A stretch of DNA of 64,000 nt from Candidatus Kapaibacterium sp. (GCA_018882585.1 VFFB01000003.1:10359-74358); one strand, 5' to 3'. Positions 9,158 to 19,524 are shown, numbered from the stretch's first letter. Made by a program: numbers and translations. The notes: generated from the letters alone by a model not told the origin.

Positions 9158-10357
9158 TCACTGAAGCACTGCTTTGAAGTCGGTCTGACCGTCGGGATCT
9201 CCAACAACGGGTCCTGCCGAACCAACAGAACCAACCAGCAGAATGCCGGCCACGTGCGGCGCCGCCATGGACGTGCCACTCATAGTGGTAAGGCCGCCGC
9301 CTAATCTTGTCGAGGTGACGTAGACCCCGGGCGCGCAGGCATCTACGGGAGCACCGTAGTTGCTGAAGTAGGCAAAGACGCCCTGACTGTTGTGCGCCGA
9401 TACCGTCCAGATGTCTGCTTGATCCAGGCCGGCGCGCGCCGGCGACATCACAGAACAGTCAGTCGATTCGTTGCCTGCGGCGATGGCGAACATGATGCCG
9501 TACTCGTTGGCTGCCGAGCGAATGGCATCATCGAGGGCGCTATAGGCGGGACCTCCGAGAGACATGTTGCAGACGTCGCCCACAGCGCCATTATCAGCCA
9601 CGTGGTCTACACCGGCAATGATCCACGAATATCGACCCTTTCCGCGTGCGTCAAGACAGCGCACTGCGACAACCGTCGCGCCCGAAGCGACGCCAATGAC
9701 GTCATACCCATCGTCCTTGGCAGCAATGGTGCCGGCTACGTGCGTACCGTGACCGTTCTTATCCTGCCAGGTTGTGGGACTCTGTTTGCCTCCGGTGACG
9801 AAGTTTATTGAGAGTTCGGTGCTGACAGTCAGATCAGGATGGTTCGGATCGATTCCCGTGTCGATGATCCACGCCCGCTTACCGCTGCCGTCGCGATGTC
9901 CGGTGGCCTGAACTCCCCATGGTGTCTGCTGCGGCGACGTACGCGGCGGCGTTCCGCCGCCCGGCTTGGCAAACTCCTCGACCGGCCCCACGCTGATCTC
10001 GTAGTCCTCTTCGATGCGCTCAATACGTTCGTCCTGCTCGAGCTTCTTCAGAATGCCCGGCGGCACCGTCGCGCTGAAACCAAGCAGTGCTGCGTGGTAG
10101 ATATTGCCAACCGTGAGTCCGTGCGCCTTCTGCAGACGTTGCACATTGGCTTGCACTTCGTTGTCTGCAACCTTGCTTGCCTTGAAGACGATGACGTACT
10201 GGTCGGGAATCTTCTGGAATCCCGCTGGCACCGCCAGGATCTTGCCATCCTGTTTGTTAGCCGATGGTTGCTCAGGCGTTGTCAGATCTGTAGAGCAGCT
10301 CGCCAGAATGCACGTGACCGTAGCAGCTGCAAGAAGTTTGATTGGAATTGCACGCAT
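9158..10357 (-). CDS. Subtilisin-like serine protease (peptidase S8) lipoprotein with I9 propeptide
   Basis: Catalytic triad motifs DTGID, HGTHVAGTIAA and GTSMAAPHVAG. The signal/lipobox is MRAIPIKLLAAATVTCILASC from the ATG at 10357. Confidence 0.9.
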   Translation of the reverse strand: MRAIPIKLLAAATVTCILASCSTDLTTPEQPSANKQDGKILAVPAGFQKIPDQYVIVFKASKVADNEVQANVQRLQKAHGLTVGNIYHAALLGFSATVPPGILKKLEQDERIERIEEDYEISVGPVEEFAKPGGGTPPRTSPQQTPWGVQATGHRDGSGKRAWIIDTGIDPNHPDLTVSTELSINFVTGGKQSPTTWQDKNGHGTHVAGTIAAKDDGYDVIGVASGATVVAVRCLDARGKGRYSWIIAGVDHVADNGAVGDVCNMSLGGPAYSALDDAIRSAANEYGIMFAIAAGNESTDCSVMSPARAGLDQADIWTVSAHNSQGVFAYFSNYGAPVDACAPGVYVTSTRLGGGLTTMSGTSMAAPHVAGILLVGSVGSAGPVVGDPDGQTDFKAVLQ

Positions 10358-10575
10358 GACCGTACCCCTCGAATGTGTTCTCAATACACGCTAAACCTAT
10401 CGCTCCCACTACCGCCGTCAAAGCGTGGATGTACTTCGGCAAGTTACCGTGCGTGGAATGTCGGTATCAGCGAACGTGCCAGGGATGACCAGGCATCATA
10501 CCCCTGGATGCATTTGTATCAGATGTCCGCATGCCTATTCTTGCAGCAGGATGTGTGGCCCTCCTGCCTAGAACC

Positions 10576-11823
10576 ATGGCCGAAGGGTTCAGCACACCAT
10601 TCATCAATCGCACCATACGAGGCCATGCTGTGACCCGTACGCTTGGACTACTACTGTTCGTTGCCATAGTCCTGTCATCACTGACAGCTGCACAGCCTTT
10701 CGTTCCTGGCAACACATACTACGGCACCGATAACTTCATGGAATATCAACCTGGCAATATTCCGCTAATCATCTCTGTGCCACATGGCGGACACTTGGAA
10801 CCGGCCGAACTACCCAACCGCGACTGTCAAGACTGCGTCTATGGTATCGATTCCTACACCCAGGAACTTGCTCGAAAGATTCGCGATGCATTCGTTCAGC
10901 AGACCGGTTGCTACCCGCACATCGTATACAACCTGCTTCATCGTAAGAAACTCGATATGAATCGAGACGTGCTTGATGCAACTGATACCAATGACGCCGT
11001 AGCACCGTATTGGAATGATTATCACGATTTCATTGCCGCTGCGAAGAACGATGTCATGACGCACTATGGCAAAGGCTTGTTCATCGACTTGCACGGTCAC
11101 GGCCACACAAAACAGCGCATTGAATATGGTTACATCTTGCGTGGCTCATATCTTCGAGAACCCGACTCTGTCATCAACACTACCAAGCGTGTTGCAGCCA
11201 GTTCGATACGAAACCTGGCTTCGTCGAACCTTAGTGGTTTGACGCACGCACAGCTCGTTCGAGGTGCAACCGCTCTTGGCACGCTGTTCGCCAACCGAGG
11301 TTACCCAGGTGTACCGTCGATGCAGGATCCATACCCCGATACTGCAGACGCGTATTTCAACGGCGGATACAACACATTCACCCACGGTTCATACTCAGGC
11401 GGCGCGATCGACGCAATCCAGATGGAACTATACACGTCGATTCGTCGAGACACAGCAGAACGAGCCGTGTTTGCTGATGCCTTTGCCTCGATTCTTCGCT
11501 CGTATCTGCAGGAACATTACCTAGAGAACTTCGCACAGCAATCGTGTTTGGAAAGCTCCGTTCCGAACCCGACACAGTCCGAAACACTGGTTGCCCCCAA
11601 CCCGGCTGCCGAATTCATCACTGTTGGAACGATAAATGACGCTGGCACTTCGTTTTGGCTTCGCATCATCGACGTGCTTGGTCAGGTACGTAAGACCAAT
11701 CCGTCTGTCGTGCTGCCCACGCAGCTCGACGTCAGTGCGTTAACCCCGGGTACGTACTATCTGCAACTCATTGCCCCCTCGGGATATCCAGTACTCAATC
11801 AATCCGTGGTCATTGTTCGATAA
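10576..11823 (+). CDS. M14-like zinc hydrolase (N-formylglutamate amidohydrolase / AstE-AspA family-like) with T9SS C-terminal sorting domain
   Basis: SVPHGGHLEP and IDLHGHGH motifs resemble the GxHGxE/DLH zinc-site motifs of the family. It has a signal peptide. The C-terminal roughly 80 aa (LVAPNP...IIDVLGQV...GTYYLQL) form a type-A T9SS CTD. Confidence 0.4.
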   Translation: MAEGFSTPFINRTIRGHAVTRTLGLLLFVAIVLSSLTAAQPFVPGNTYYGTDNFMEYQPGNIPLIISVPHGGHLEPAELPNRDCQDCVYGIDSYTQELARKIRDAFVQQTGCYPHIVYNLLHRKKLDMNRDVLDATDTNDAVAPYWNDYHDFIAAAKNDVMTHYGKGLFIDLHGHGHTKQRIEYGYILRGSYLREPDSVINTTKRVAASSIRNLASSNLSGLTHAQLVRGATALGTLFANRGYPGVPSMQDPYPDTADAYFNGGYNTFTHGSYSGGAIDAIQMELYTSIRRDTAERAVFADAFASILRSYLQEHYLENFAQQSCLESSVPNPTQSETLVAPNPAAEFITVGTINDAGTSFWLRIIDVLGQVRKTNPSVVLPTQLDVSALTPGTYYLQLIAPSGYPVLNQSVVIVR

Positions 11824-11958
11824 CAAGGGGCGTCGAGAAACGACGCTGCGGGATTCGCGACGTTGATTCTTTGGATCATGTGTTTGGTTGGTATTCCACA
11901 GTGTAACCAATCCACCCGTTGACGTCTTGTTATGACCGCAACAACTGGTAAAGGTCCT

Positions 11959-13140
11959 ATGTCGTACTCACGCACGATCGGAATGCTCCTGGTGGCTTTG
12001 GTCGCCATTCAGCCTGCAGCCGCACAGTATCAAGGAACCGGTTCGATCACGCAAGGTAGGGGCACCGTCACGATCAAGGATCTGTTTGTCTGTCCGAAGG
12101 GTCGTCCAACGAACCTTGGAACGATCCGCTCGCAAGATGATGCCGTGTGGAACGTACCGGCTGACGTGAATTTCTCGACCGCTGCCTTCCCTGCCTCGCA
12201 TGATCTGCACAATGCATGCAGTGGAGTCATGTATGCCAATGCAACGGAAGCACGTGCGGGCCTGGCTGGCAGCAATGTGGTAACGGTTGATGCGGATGGT
12301 GAGGTGTTGACTGCCTACGTCTTCGCAGACAACTACTTCGAGATGTACGTCAACGGAATTCCCGTCGGCAAAGACAACGTGCCATTTACGCAGTTCAACT
12401 CGTCGGCGGTACGATTCCGTGTGCGACGACCGTTCACGGTTGCGATGCTTGCGGTAGACTGGGAAGAAAACCTTGGTCTCGGCTCCGAAGCAATGGGTAA
12501 TTCGCCCTACCATCCCGGCGATGCCGGTGTTGTAGCGGTGTTCATGGACGAAGGTGGCAATATCATTGCCACAACATCACGTGAGTGGAAGGCGCAGACG
12601 TACTACATCAGTCCGGTGCAGGATCTGACATGTCTGTCAGAGCAGAACGGAATGCGCCTGTCGGGACCATGTAGCACAGCCGACGCCTCGGACGGCTCGC
12701 AGTTCTATGGTGTTCACTGGGCTCGTCCATCAGGCTGGATGAACACGGATTTCGACGACGCTGCGTGGCCATTGGCAAAGGAGTACAGCAACAACCTTGT
12801 TGGTGTTGACAATAAGCCTGCGTACACGAACTTCACAGAGATCTTTGACGCTCCATTGAACGATGCAGCGTTCATCTGGACATCAAATCTTGTTCTTGAT
12901 AACGAAGTTCTGCTGCGCTATCGCGTGCCGGGACCAACCTCGGTCGGAGATAGCGATGATACGGCTGTCGAGGAACCATCAATCATCCGGCTGTATGGCG
13001 TCGACGGTACAGAGATCGCCGTCGCTGCAACCAAGCAGCAGCTCAATGCTATGCTTGATGAGTTACCGTCTGGTTGTTATCTGCAGGTATGCCGGCGGCA
13101 CGGCATTGTTGAAACGAAGCATGTATTACACGTACGCTGA
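11959..13140 (+). CDS. Hypothetical secreted protein, probable T9SS cargo
   Basis: Signal peptide MSYSRTIGMLLVALVAIQPAAAQ. No recognisable catalytic motifs. The C-terminus (IIRLYGVDGTEIA...GCYLQV) is type-A CTD-like. Confidence 0.5.
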   Translation: MSYSRTIGMLLVALVAIQPAAAQYQGTGSITQGRGTVTIKDLFVCPKGRPTNLGTIRSQDDAVWNVPADVNFSTAAFPASHDLHNACSGVMYANATEARAGLAGSNVVTVDADGEVLTAYVFADNYFEMYVNGIPVGKDNVPFTQFNSSAVRFRVRRPFTVAMLAVDWEENLGLGSEAMGNSPYHPGDAGVVAVFMDEGGNIIATTSREWKAQTYYISPVQDLTCLSEQNGMRLSGPCSTADASDGSQFYGVHWARPSGWMNTDFDDAAWPLAKEYSNNLVGVDNKPAYTNFTEIFDAPLNDAAFIWTSNLVLDNEVLLRYRVPGPTSVGDSDDTAVEEPSIIRLYGVDGTEIAVAATKQQLNAMLDELPSGCYLQVCRRHGIVETKHVLHVR

Positions 13141-13283
13141 TTTGTCTGCCGCATGTCATCTTCGCGAGTGAACCAACACATTTGCTGGTCGACCCTTCGA
13201 CGTATGCGAGACGAACTGCGTACCTGTAACGAAACGTACTTGTACGGGGTTACTCGCTCTTTCGCCAACCTTCCCTGTTGAAC

Positions 13284-13700
13284 ATGGATCGCAAAGAATT
13301 CTTCCGCCAATCCTTTATAGGTCTGGCCGTGCTTGGAACAACCGCCGGCATAGCCCAATGCCTTGGTGGCTGCTCGTCATCTACGGCCCCGGCAAATGTC
13401 GACTTCACGTTGGACCTATCTGCATCCGAGAATGCAGTACTACGAACCGTTGGAGGATTCCTTCGCACCAATGGCGTCATCGTAGCCTGCGTTGCACAAG
13501 ACACCTACATTGCTGTCCAAAGCTCCTGCACGCATGAAGGTGCCACCCTTTCGTGGCAGCAGAACAACAATCGGTTTCACTGCCCGGAGCATGGGGCAAC
13601 CTTCTCACGTTCAGGCGCCGTGACAAATGGACCGGCACGGGACAAGCTGGTTTCGTACACGACCACGCTGAACGGTACAATGTTGCGCGTGACGTCTTGA
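13284..13700 (+). CDS. Rieske [2Fe-2S] domain protein with Tat-like signal
   Basis: CTHEG ... CPEHG are the Rieske ligand boxes. The N-terminus DRKEFFRQSFIGLAVLGTTAGIA is Tat-like. The ORF-track start is TTG; the ATG at 13284 is preferred. Confidence 0.7.
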   Translation: MDRKEFFRQSFIGLAVLGTTAGIAQCLGGCSSSTAPANVDFTLDLSASENAVLRTVGGFLRTNGVIVACVAQDTYIAVQSSCTHEGATLSWQQNNNRFHCPEHGATFSRSGAVTNGPARDKLVSYTTTLNGTMLRVTS

Positions 13701-13818
13701 TTGGCTCTACCCCAAGCCGAAGCGCCGGCTAGTGCTGCAAGCACACGCCTTCTATTGCCCTCACCAGGGTATATGCGTTCGTCGTAGACGAACCCTACGC
13801 CTGAGCCCCTGAACGTTA

Positions 13819-14739
13819 CTACATCAGGCTCACCAGAAATGGTAGCGTCATCAGCGACACCAAGGTCGACCCAAGGATTGCCTGAGCCAGAACGTCGGTA
13901 TCCAATCCGTATCGCTCTGCAAACACCATGGTAAGCATCATCGTGGGCATGGCCGTTTCAAGCATGACCGCTGTTTCAAGCATCTTGTCATCAATCAGCC
14001 ACGTCGCGACGAACCAGATGATGACCGGCACGATCATTGTGCGGATCAACACAGCAGGTAAGATGATCGGTACTCTACGCAGTTCCGGAACACGCAACGT
14101 CAGACCAATACTGAACAGCATCAGTTGCGGTACGATCTTGCCCGCAGCCAGACACGATGCTGTGATCCAAGGGGCGATGGGGATATCGATGATATTCACG
14201 AGCATCGCAATGGCGATGGCAATCATGGGTGGCAGCCGAAGGACCTGTCGCACGGCGTCGCCAAGCGATGCCTGTTCGTTGCCGGTGCCAAAGCGTACGC
14301 AGATAAGGCTGCCCACCGAGAACAACAGCGGTGTCATACCAAGGTAGTCGTACTCGATCGGTATGTGCCTTGCCCCCTCACCCAACACTGCTGTGGTGAT
14401 GGGAAGACCCAGATACATGGCATTGCACCACGTACCTGCCAGGATCAGCGCGCCGATGGATGCCGCTGGCAGGCGATGTCGAAGGCCAACGGCGTAGACC
14501 AGCCATGAGAGTGCAAGGCCGACAAGAACCGTGAGTACAGAAACGATTGGAACCGTCCAGATGTGTTCGCCGGAATGAACCCGACTCAGCACACCAAACG
14601 TCAGCAACGGTATAAAGACGTTCAGTACGATAGAACCTATCACGCGCCGAACGTCTGCTACCGCCAGCGTATCCGGCAGGAACCGATACAAGACGCCACA
14701 GGCAAGCGGGATGCTCAGTTGCAAAAAGACATCAATCAT
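13819..14739 (-). CDS. AEC-family (auxin efflux carrier / malate permease-like) membrane transporter
   Basis: 306 aa with about 10 TM helices. The N-terminus MIDVFLQLSIPL is typical of the AEC family. Confidence 0.65.
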   Translation of the reverse strand: MIDVFLQLSIPLACGVLYRFLPDTLAVADVRRVIGSIVLNVFIPLLTFGVLSRVHSGEHIWTVPIVSVLTVLVGLALSWLVYAVGLRHRLPAASIGALILAGTWCNAMYLGLPITTAVLGEGARHIPIEYDYLGMTPLLFSVGSLICVRFGTGNEQASLGDAVRQVLRLPPMIAIAIAMLVNIIDIPIAPWITASCLAAGKIVPQLMLFSIGLTLRVPELRRVPIILPAVLIRTMIVPVIIWFVATWLIDDKMLETAVMLETAMPTMMLTMVFAERYGLDTDVLAQAILGSTLVSLMTLPFLVSLM

Positions 14740-15172
14740 GCAACAAACTACGTGGAATGTGTCTTCCCTGCATGGTGGATGCTGACACCCCGCAAATCAA
14801 CCCAACGGCGCCGACAGTTGCCGTACGCTGCAACCGCACAACATCCACACCTACGCCGATCTCGACGTCGCAACATGTAGTTGCCTCGGCGAATATTCGT
14901 TAGCCAATCATCACGTTAGCGTTCGTGAGACTTGTATGTAGCAATCCATCGCCGTCGGCAAGTGCAACTGGTTGGTAACTCGTAGCCATGTTTACGACGT
15001 ATATTCACGTGTCGACGAACAACGCTATGTGTTTCAACCGAGCACCCAGACTTGTGGGCCGAATCGTGAGCGGTAGCCTTAAGGACGGAACGTCGAGGTC
15101 GATCGAATTCTTGAGAACGTTCTGATAATGCCGGTGATCTTTACACCAATTTACATTTACCAAGGAGGGATC

Positions 15173-15691
15173 ATGTACAGAGTGATCGCAACTATCACAG
15201 CAGCAGTAATGATGATATTGAGCTTGTCATCATGCAGTGACACGACTACTGAACCAACGTCGGATACTGAAATTGTTTCATGCAAGACGTCATTGTCTTC
15301 CATGCCTACATTCGAGGCCTCCAAGTTTATCATTGCTACCACGACAAAGTCTTCGACGCCACAGGCACCGAGTTCCACAGTGATCATGAGCTTTACCAAG
15401 CCAAATCCTGACATCAAGAACGCTGTAGAAGACGGATTTCAGATTGCAATCCTTGGAACAGCACCCGGCACGTATGCGATGCCATTTGAAAGTGGGTGTG
15501 CGCTTGTCGTCAACGGCGTCTCGTACATCTCTATCAGCGGGTCGATCACGATCACGCGTTTCGATGCAGTTGGCGGATGGATCGAAGGAACATTTGAGTG
15601 CAAGGCCAACAAACGAGACGGCGGCTCTTCGATCAACATCACAAACGGCGTGTTCAAGGTGCGACGCGACGTCGATGGCATGTTAGGATAA
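15173..15691 (+). CDS. Hypothetical lipoprotein
   Basis: Start MYRVIATITAAVMMILSLSSC (lipobox) with an AGGAGG RBS 5 nt upstream. No other recognisable motifs. Confidence 0.5.
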   Translation: MYRVIATITAAVMMILSLSSCSDTTTEPTSDTEIVSCKTSLSSMPTFEASKFIIATTTKSSTPQAPSSTVIMSFTKPNPDIKNAVEDGFQIAILGTAPGTYAMPFESGCALVVNGVSYISISGSITITRFDAVGGWIEGTFECKANKRDGGSSINITNGVFKVRRDVDGMLG

Positions 15692-15780
15692 CGCCCCATC
15701 CCCGCATGCATTGCTCCAGCTGTGCGTCCGCTGCCAACGGCACGCCAACACAATAGACGCTGTCAAAGCATGAAACAAAA

Positions 15781-15812
15781 GACCCTCTGAAAACTCGGTG
15801 TTTCAGAGGGTC
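15781..15812 (-). terminator. Intrinsic terminator of tRNA-Phe
   Basis: A perfect 12-bp inverted repeat GACCCTCTGAAA/TTTCAGAGGGTC with an 8-nt loop. It is followed on the minus strand by TTTTGTTTC. Confidence 0.7.
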
Positions 15813-15850
15813 TGTCATCCTTGGTAACCAACCATGTAAATGGTTGGTCA

Positions 15851-15926
15851 TGGTGGTTCGGGAGGGAGTTGAACCCCCGACACATGGATTTTCAGTCCAT
15901 TGCTCTACCAACTGAGCTACCGAACC
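15851..15926 (-). tRNA. tRNA-Phe (GAA)
   Basis: A manually folded 76-nt cloverleaf: acceptor GGTTCGG/CCGAACC, D-arm GCTC...GAGC, anticodon stem ATGGA/TCCAT, loop CTGAAAA (anticodon GAA), T-arm GGGGG-TTCAACT-CCCTC, and an encoded CCA. Confidence 0.95.
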
Positions 15927-16017
15927 AAGGGGACTGCAAATATAAGGTTTATGGCGATTTCCACCGTAGGATTTCCTCAGAGTTGAGCACGTACGGGCGA
16001 AATCCAGGACGGATGCG

Positions 16018-17007
16018 TTAGAACGGCGTCCACGCAAAGGCTACGGCCGGCACCACCGTTGGTCCGGGCGCAAGGGCAATGCCAAAGTCCATACCTATTG
16101 ACGACAACGCCGTGCGCACACCCAGATACAGCAGCGTGTTTGCCGGACGTGTAATGTCCGCATTGGCCAGTTCCATCACTGCATGCAGGTCATGAAACTC
16201 CGGGAACCGCGTGTCGATACTGATCGCCACGCCAAACGCTCCGTTTGCCAATGGCAGGTTGAACGCACCCACCAATGTGCCTAGGTTGACCTGCATCAGT
16301 TCCGGTCCGGCAACCTTTGCAAAGAACGTGGTGGTTGTCTGTGACCGTACGCCCGTGAATGTCGCATTGGCAAAGGCGTGCCCAATGAAGTTCTTGTCGT
16401 TCAGCCACGCACCGTTGAAGCCGACAGCATAGAACTGCTTGCCAGTCTCGACGAGGCCGTTGTCGAGTTCGGCAACTGTGGCCTTGACATTGACAAGACT
16501 GAACTGATCACGTGCAGGAATGCCAGGCACAAATGACCGACCCGCCGTGATGCTCAGAGGCCCAATGCCCCCTCCGGCATAGAGAAAACCGATCTCCCAC
16601 AAGCCAATGAAGGCATCATCACCGATCGGCTGCGCCGTGGGAATAACGTACCCCCGATGACGGTGGCGGTAGGTGTCGTAACGTGGACCGAAGTAGGCTA
16701 TGTCGACAGATTCAAGCTTAAGCGGGCCAGTGATGGCATCGACGGTTACGGTAAAGCCTAAAGCATCCTCCGCGGATACTTCTTCCGCATTCGTTTTATC
16801 CGCCCACGACGAAAGATCAAGCACGCGGCCGGTGACGATATCTCCGTTTATCATCCGGAACAAGTACTCACGGTCGGGCTCGGCGCGGATATCGTCCTCC
16901 CACTGCTCGAACTCGTCGTGCGTCAGGTACGTCTGAGCCGTTGCAGGAAGCCATGCGCACATGCCTACGACCAGCCATGCACAGACGGATAGCAATACGC
17001 TGTTCAT
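16018..17007 (-). CDS. Hypothetical outer-membrane beta-barrel protein
   Basis: Signal peptide, alternating amphipathic strands, and a C-terminal ...AFAWTPF aromatic end. Its ATG overlaps the rlmN stop (ATGA). Confidence 0.45.
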   Translation of the reverse strand: MNSVLLSVCAWLVVGMCAWLPATAQTYLTHDEFEQWEDDIRAEPDREYLFRMINGDIVTGRVLDLSSWADKTNAEEVSAEDALGFTVTVDAITGPLKLESVDIAYFGPRYDTYRHRHRGYVIPTAQPIGDDAFIGLWEIGFLYAGGGIGPLSITAGRSFVPGIPARDQFSLVNVKATVAELDNGLVETGKQFYAVGFNGAWLNDKNFIGHAFANATFTGVRSQTTTTFFAKVAGPELMQVNLGTLVGAFNLPLANGAFGVAISIDTRFPEFHDLHAVMELANADITRPANTLLYLGVRTALSSIGMDFGIALAPGPTVVPAVAFAWTPF

Positions 17008-18104
17008 GATGCCTTGGAAAATGCCAGTTGTCCGCAGGCCGCATCGATATCCTTGCCCGACGATGATCGGACCATCACCTGTACACCCTCGTCACGGAGC
17101 AGCTGCACCACATGTTCAAATTTGTCAGGGGGCGTTGGCTTCAGCTCCGCGGCAAACCCTTCGGGTTGGACGAAGTCGATGTCGTGGAACGGGATGACGT
17201 TGACCTTCGAAGGAACACGACGGGCGATACGGGCCAGACGCTTGACGTCGTCGGCCGAATCGTTGATGCCGTCGAACATGATGTATTCGTAGGTCACCGT
17301 TTTTCGTGTGGTGCGGTAGTAATACTCGATCGCGTCCATCAGACGCGGTAACGGCCACTTGCGTGCAATGGGCATAAGCTCTTCGCGCACGCCCTGCGTT
17401 GTGGCATGCAGGCTTACGGCCAGCTTGATGATGCGGCCCTCGTCGGCCATGCGCTCGATCCCCGGCACGACGCCGGCCGTGCTAAGCGTGGTGCGACGGG
17501 GTGCGACCATCTTGGTGCGCTGGTCGTTCAGGATGAGCGTGCTTTGCATCACGGCGTCGTAGTTATTCATCGGCTCGCCCATGCCCATGAAGACCACGTT
17601 GGTAATGGGGCGCTCGCTGTACTGTTGGGCAACAAGGAACTGGTCGACGATCTCGCCGGCCGACAGGTTACGCGTCAGCTTGAGCGAGGCAGTGGCACAG
17701 AATTGGCACCCCAGGTTGCAGCCTACCTGCGTCGACACGCAGAGCGTACGACGCCGCGGCTGTCCGTCCTCTTCGCGCAATTCGCTCGGAATCAGCACAC
17801 TTTCGATGGCTCTGCCATCGCGCAGCTTGAACAGGAACTTCTTCGTTCCGTCGGCAGAGTCTTGCACGGTGTCGAGCGCCACGCTATGCGTGGCGCAATG
17901 CTCCTGCAAGCGCGCACGCAGTGCGGCCGGCAATGCCGATGCGTCGGCAATGTCGGGCACGCGCTCAACATAAAGTGCATCGTAGATCTGGGCTGCACGG
18001 TACTTCTTCTCGCCGATGTCAAGCATCAGCTGCTCAAGGCCGGGCAGGGTCAGCCCCAGCAGTTCCGGAGGTCCGGCAACGATATCGCGTTTAGGTACGG
18101 CCAT
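17004..18104 (-). CDS. rlmN: 23S rRNA/tRNA (adenine-C2)-methyltransferase RlmN (radical SAM)
   Basis: The CNLGCQFC radical-SAM cluster motif and the GMGEP and HxxxxG...VIPFH family motifs are present. Length matches RlmN/Cfr proteins throughout. ATG at 18104 (the track's GTG at 18107 is an alternative). Confidence 0.9.
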   Translation of the reverse strand: MAVPKRDIVAGPPELLGLTLPGLEQLMLDIGEKKYRAAQIYDALYVERVPDIADASALPAALRARLQEHCATHSVALDTVQDSADGTKKFLFKLRDGRAIESVLIPSELREEDGQPRRRTLCVSTQVGCNLGCQFCATASLKLTRNLSAGEIVDQFLVAQQYSERPITNVVFMGMGEPMNNYDAVMQSTLILNDQRTKMVAPRRTTLSTAGVVPGIERMADEGRIIKLAVSLHATTQGVREELMPIARKWPLPRLMDAIEYYYRTTRKTVTYEYIMFDGINDSADDVKRLARIARRVPSKVNVIPFHDIDFVQPEGFAAELKPTPPDKFEHVVQLLRDEGVQVMVRSSSGKDIDAACGQLAFSKAS

Positions 18105-18269
18105 CACACAAAACTACGGCGGTTTGGCTATGGGCGTGGCATGAGCTTTACCGAAGCAACCGTCGATGACCGTAGTTCCTTCGTGACGCTCACGGACCCG
18201 GCATGGTAGCTGGTGCAACGTCTACACCGTCTTCACGAGCGTATGCCGGGCCGTGACCTGTGATCACGA

Positions 18270-19524
18270 TCAATGCAAAGGGTTTCCTTTGCGATCTGAA
18301 TCAACGAGTTCTTCGAATCGCAATAACGAGGAGACAGCACGGTCAACCGTTGTCGGTCCCAGCTTGATCTCAATGGCTGCCCATGTTCCGTTTGAATGCT
18401 CCGGAACAGCATCAACCTCCATTCCATTTGAATCACGGTGGTACGAGACAGTACAGCCAATATGTTGGGCGTATTCAAGAAGATCCCTCATCACAAGATT
18501 CTCGAACACGATTCCCACGAATCCCGGGTAGCGCAGCAGTTGTGCGTGCCGCAGTGACAGTCCCGCCAAGGTCAAAGAAGGGTCAGCAAAGTCAATGTTA
18601 CTTCGAGTACTCGCCCGCGATCGGATGTGGGTTGACCAAATGGGAATACGTTCGATCAGCATGACCGTATCAAGTGCTTCCAAACACTGGCGCACGGTGT
18701 CATCACTGGTTGATGCTCCATCCTGCGGAAGGTCTTTCGCCAGCGTGTTTGCCGCATGTGGTGCGCCGGTGGATCGGGCAATAGACATGAAGCGTCTACG
18801 GATTCTCATCGGATCACGGCCTCGCCTACGATCCCCTGCCACGACAATATCGGCTCTCGTCATCTCCTCGATGTAGTCAACAACCGACATCTCGAAGGTT
18901 CAAGTGGTACGTCAAGATTCATCGACTATCCTTCTCGGTACATGGCATCCAGAACATGATCCAACCTGTCGTCTCCGTGGACATGCCTGACAGTGCTACG
19001 ACTCATCGGGTCTTGTAACGATACGTTTCCCGATGAGTGCCCTGTTTCCACCATCGACATCGTGCGCATTCGCAGTCGAGATAATCTCCCGGCACCGGAG
19101 TGTCGCGTGGCATGATCAGCCGGCAGCGACGAACCCGTGAATATGAATTGGCCTTTCGCACGCTTCGCATCAACATCATGGCGCACAAGATTCCATGTTT
19201 CAGGCACGTTATGCCACTCGTCTCATAGCCTGGGCGCTCCCCTTCAAAGATTCATGCTGGCGGAAGCATTGCGTGGGCTACGTCGAGTATGATCTCGCTT
19301 GCTGCATGGTGGCGTCCGGCACTCGTCTTTCCACGCGCCTTGGGGCCTTCGATCAATACGGCGCCCATACGCTGTAACCTTGCCTCAAGTTCACTATCAA
19401 CCAGCCGGTGACGATACATGAGAGAATTCACGACGTAGTTTCGATAGAAAAACCAAACCACTCGTTCGCCGATGTACGTACGAAAACGTGGCGTGGTATT
19501 CAGGGAAATGTGGCGTGAGATCAT
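18270..19524 (-). pseudogene. Disrupted AAA+ ATPase with DUF4143 (three frame fragments)
   Basis: Fragment 19252-19524 carries Walker A (VLIEGPKARGKTS). Fragment 18926-19207 carries the FIFTGSS motif. Fragment 18270-18890 carries the DUF4143-like C-terminal region. The three pieces lie in different frames, so at least 2 frameshifts are needed. Confidence 0.6.

Noticed and set aside
9839-10633. 264-aa plus-strand ORF, and the other long antisense ORFs of the same kind (2615-3412, 17406-18209, 19629-20276, 27975-28841, 48579-49631, 50287-50892)
   Set aside because: They lie antisense to confidently identified genes (S8 protease, TonB receptor, rlmN, FAD oxidoreductase, repeat protein, comM, dut/rpiB). 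They are Arg/Ala/Pro/Cys-rich and low in complexity, with no signal, motif or RBS. These are typical GC-rich shadow ORFs.
13700-13819. Weak hairpin (CGTAG-N8-CTACG) between the convergent Rieske and AEC genes as a terminator
   Set aside because: The stem is only 5 bp and there is no T-tract on either strand. That is insufficient for an intrinsic terminator call.
15654-16037. 127-aa minus-strand ORF overlapping the tRNA-Phe gene
   Set aside because: The ORF is built across the tRNA sequence itself (its translation contains the tRNA arms). It is not a protein gene.
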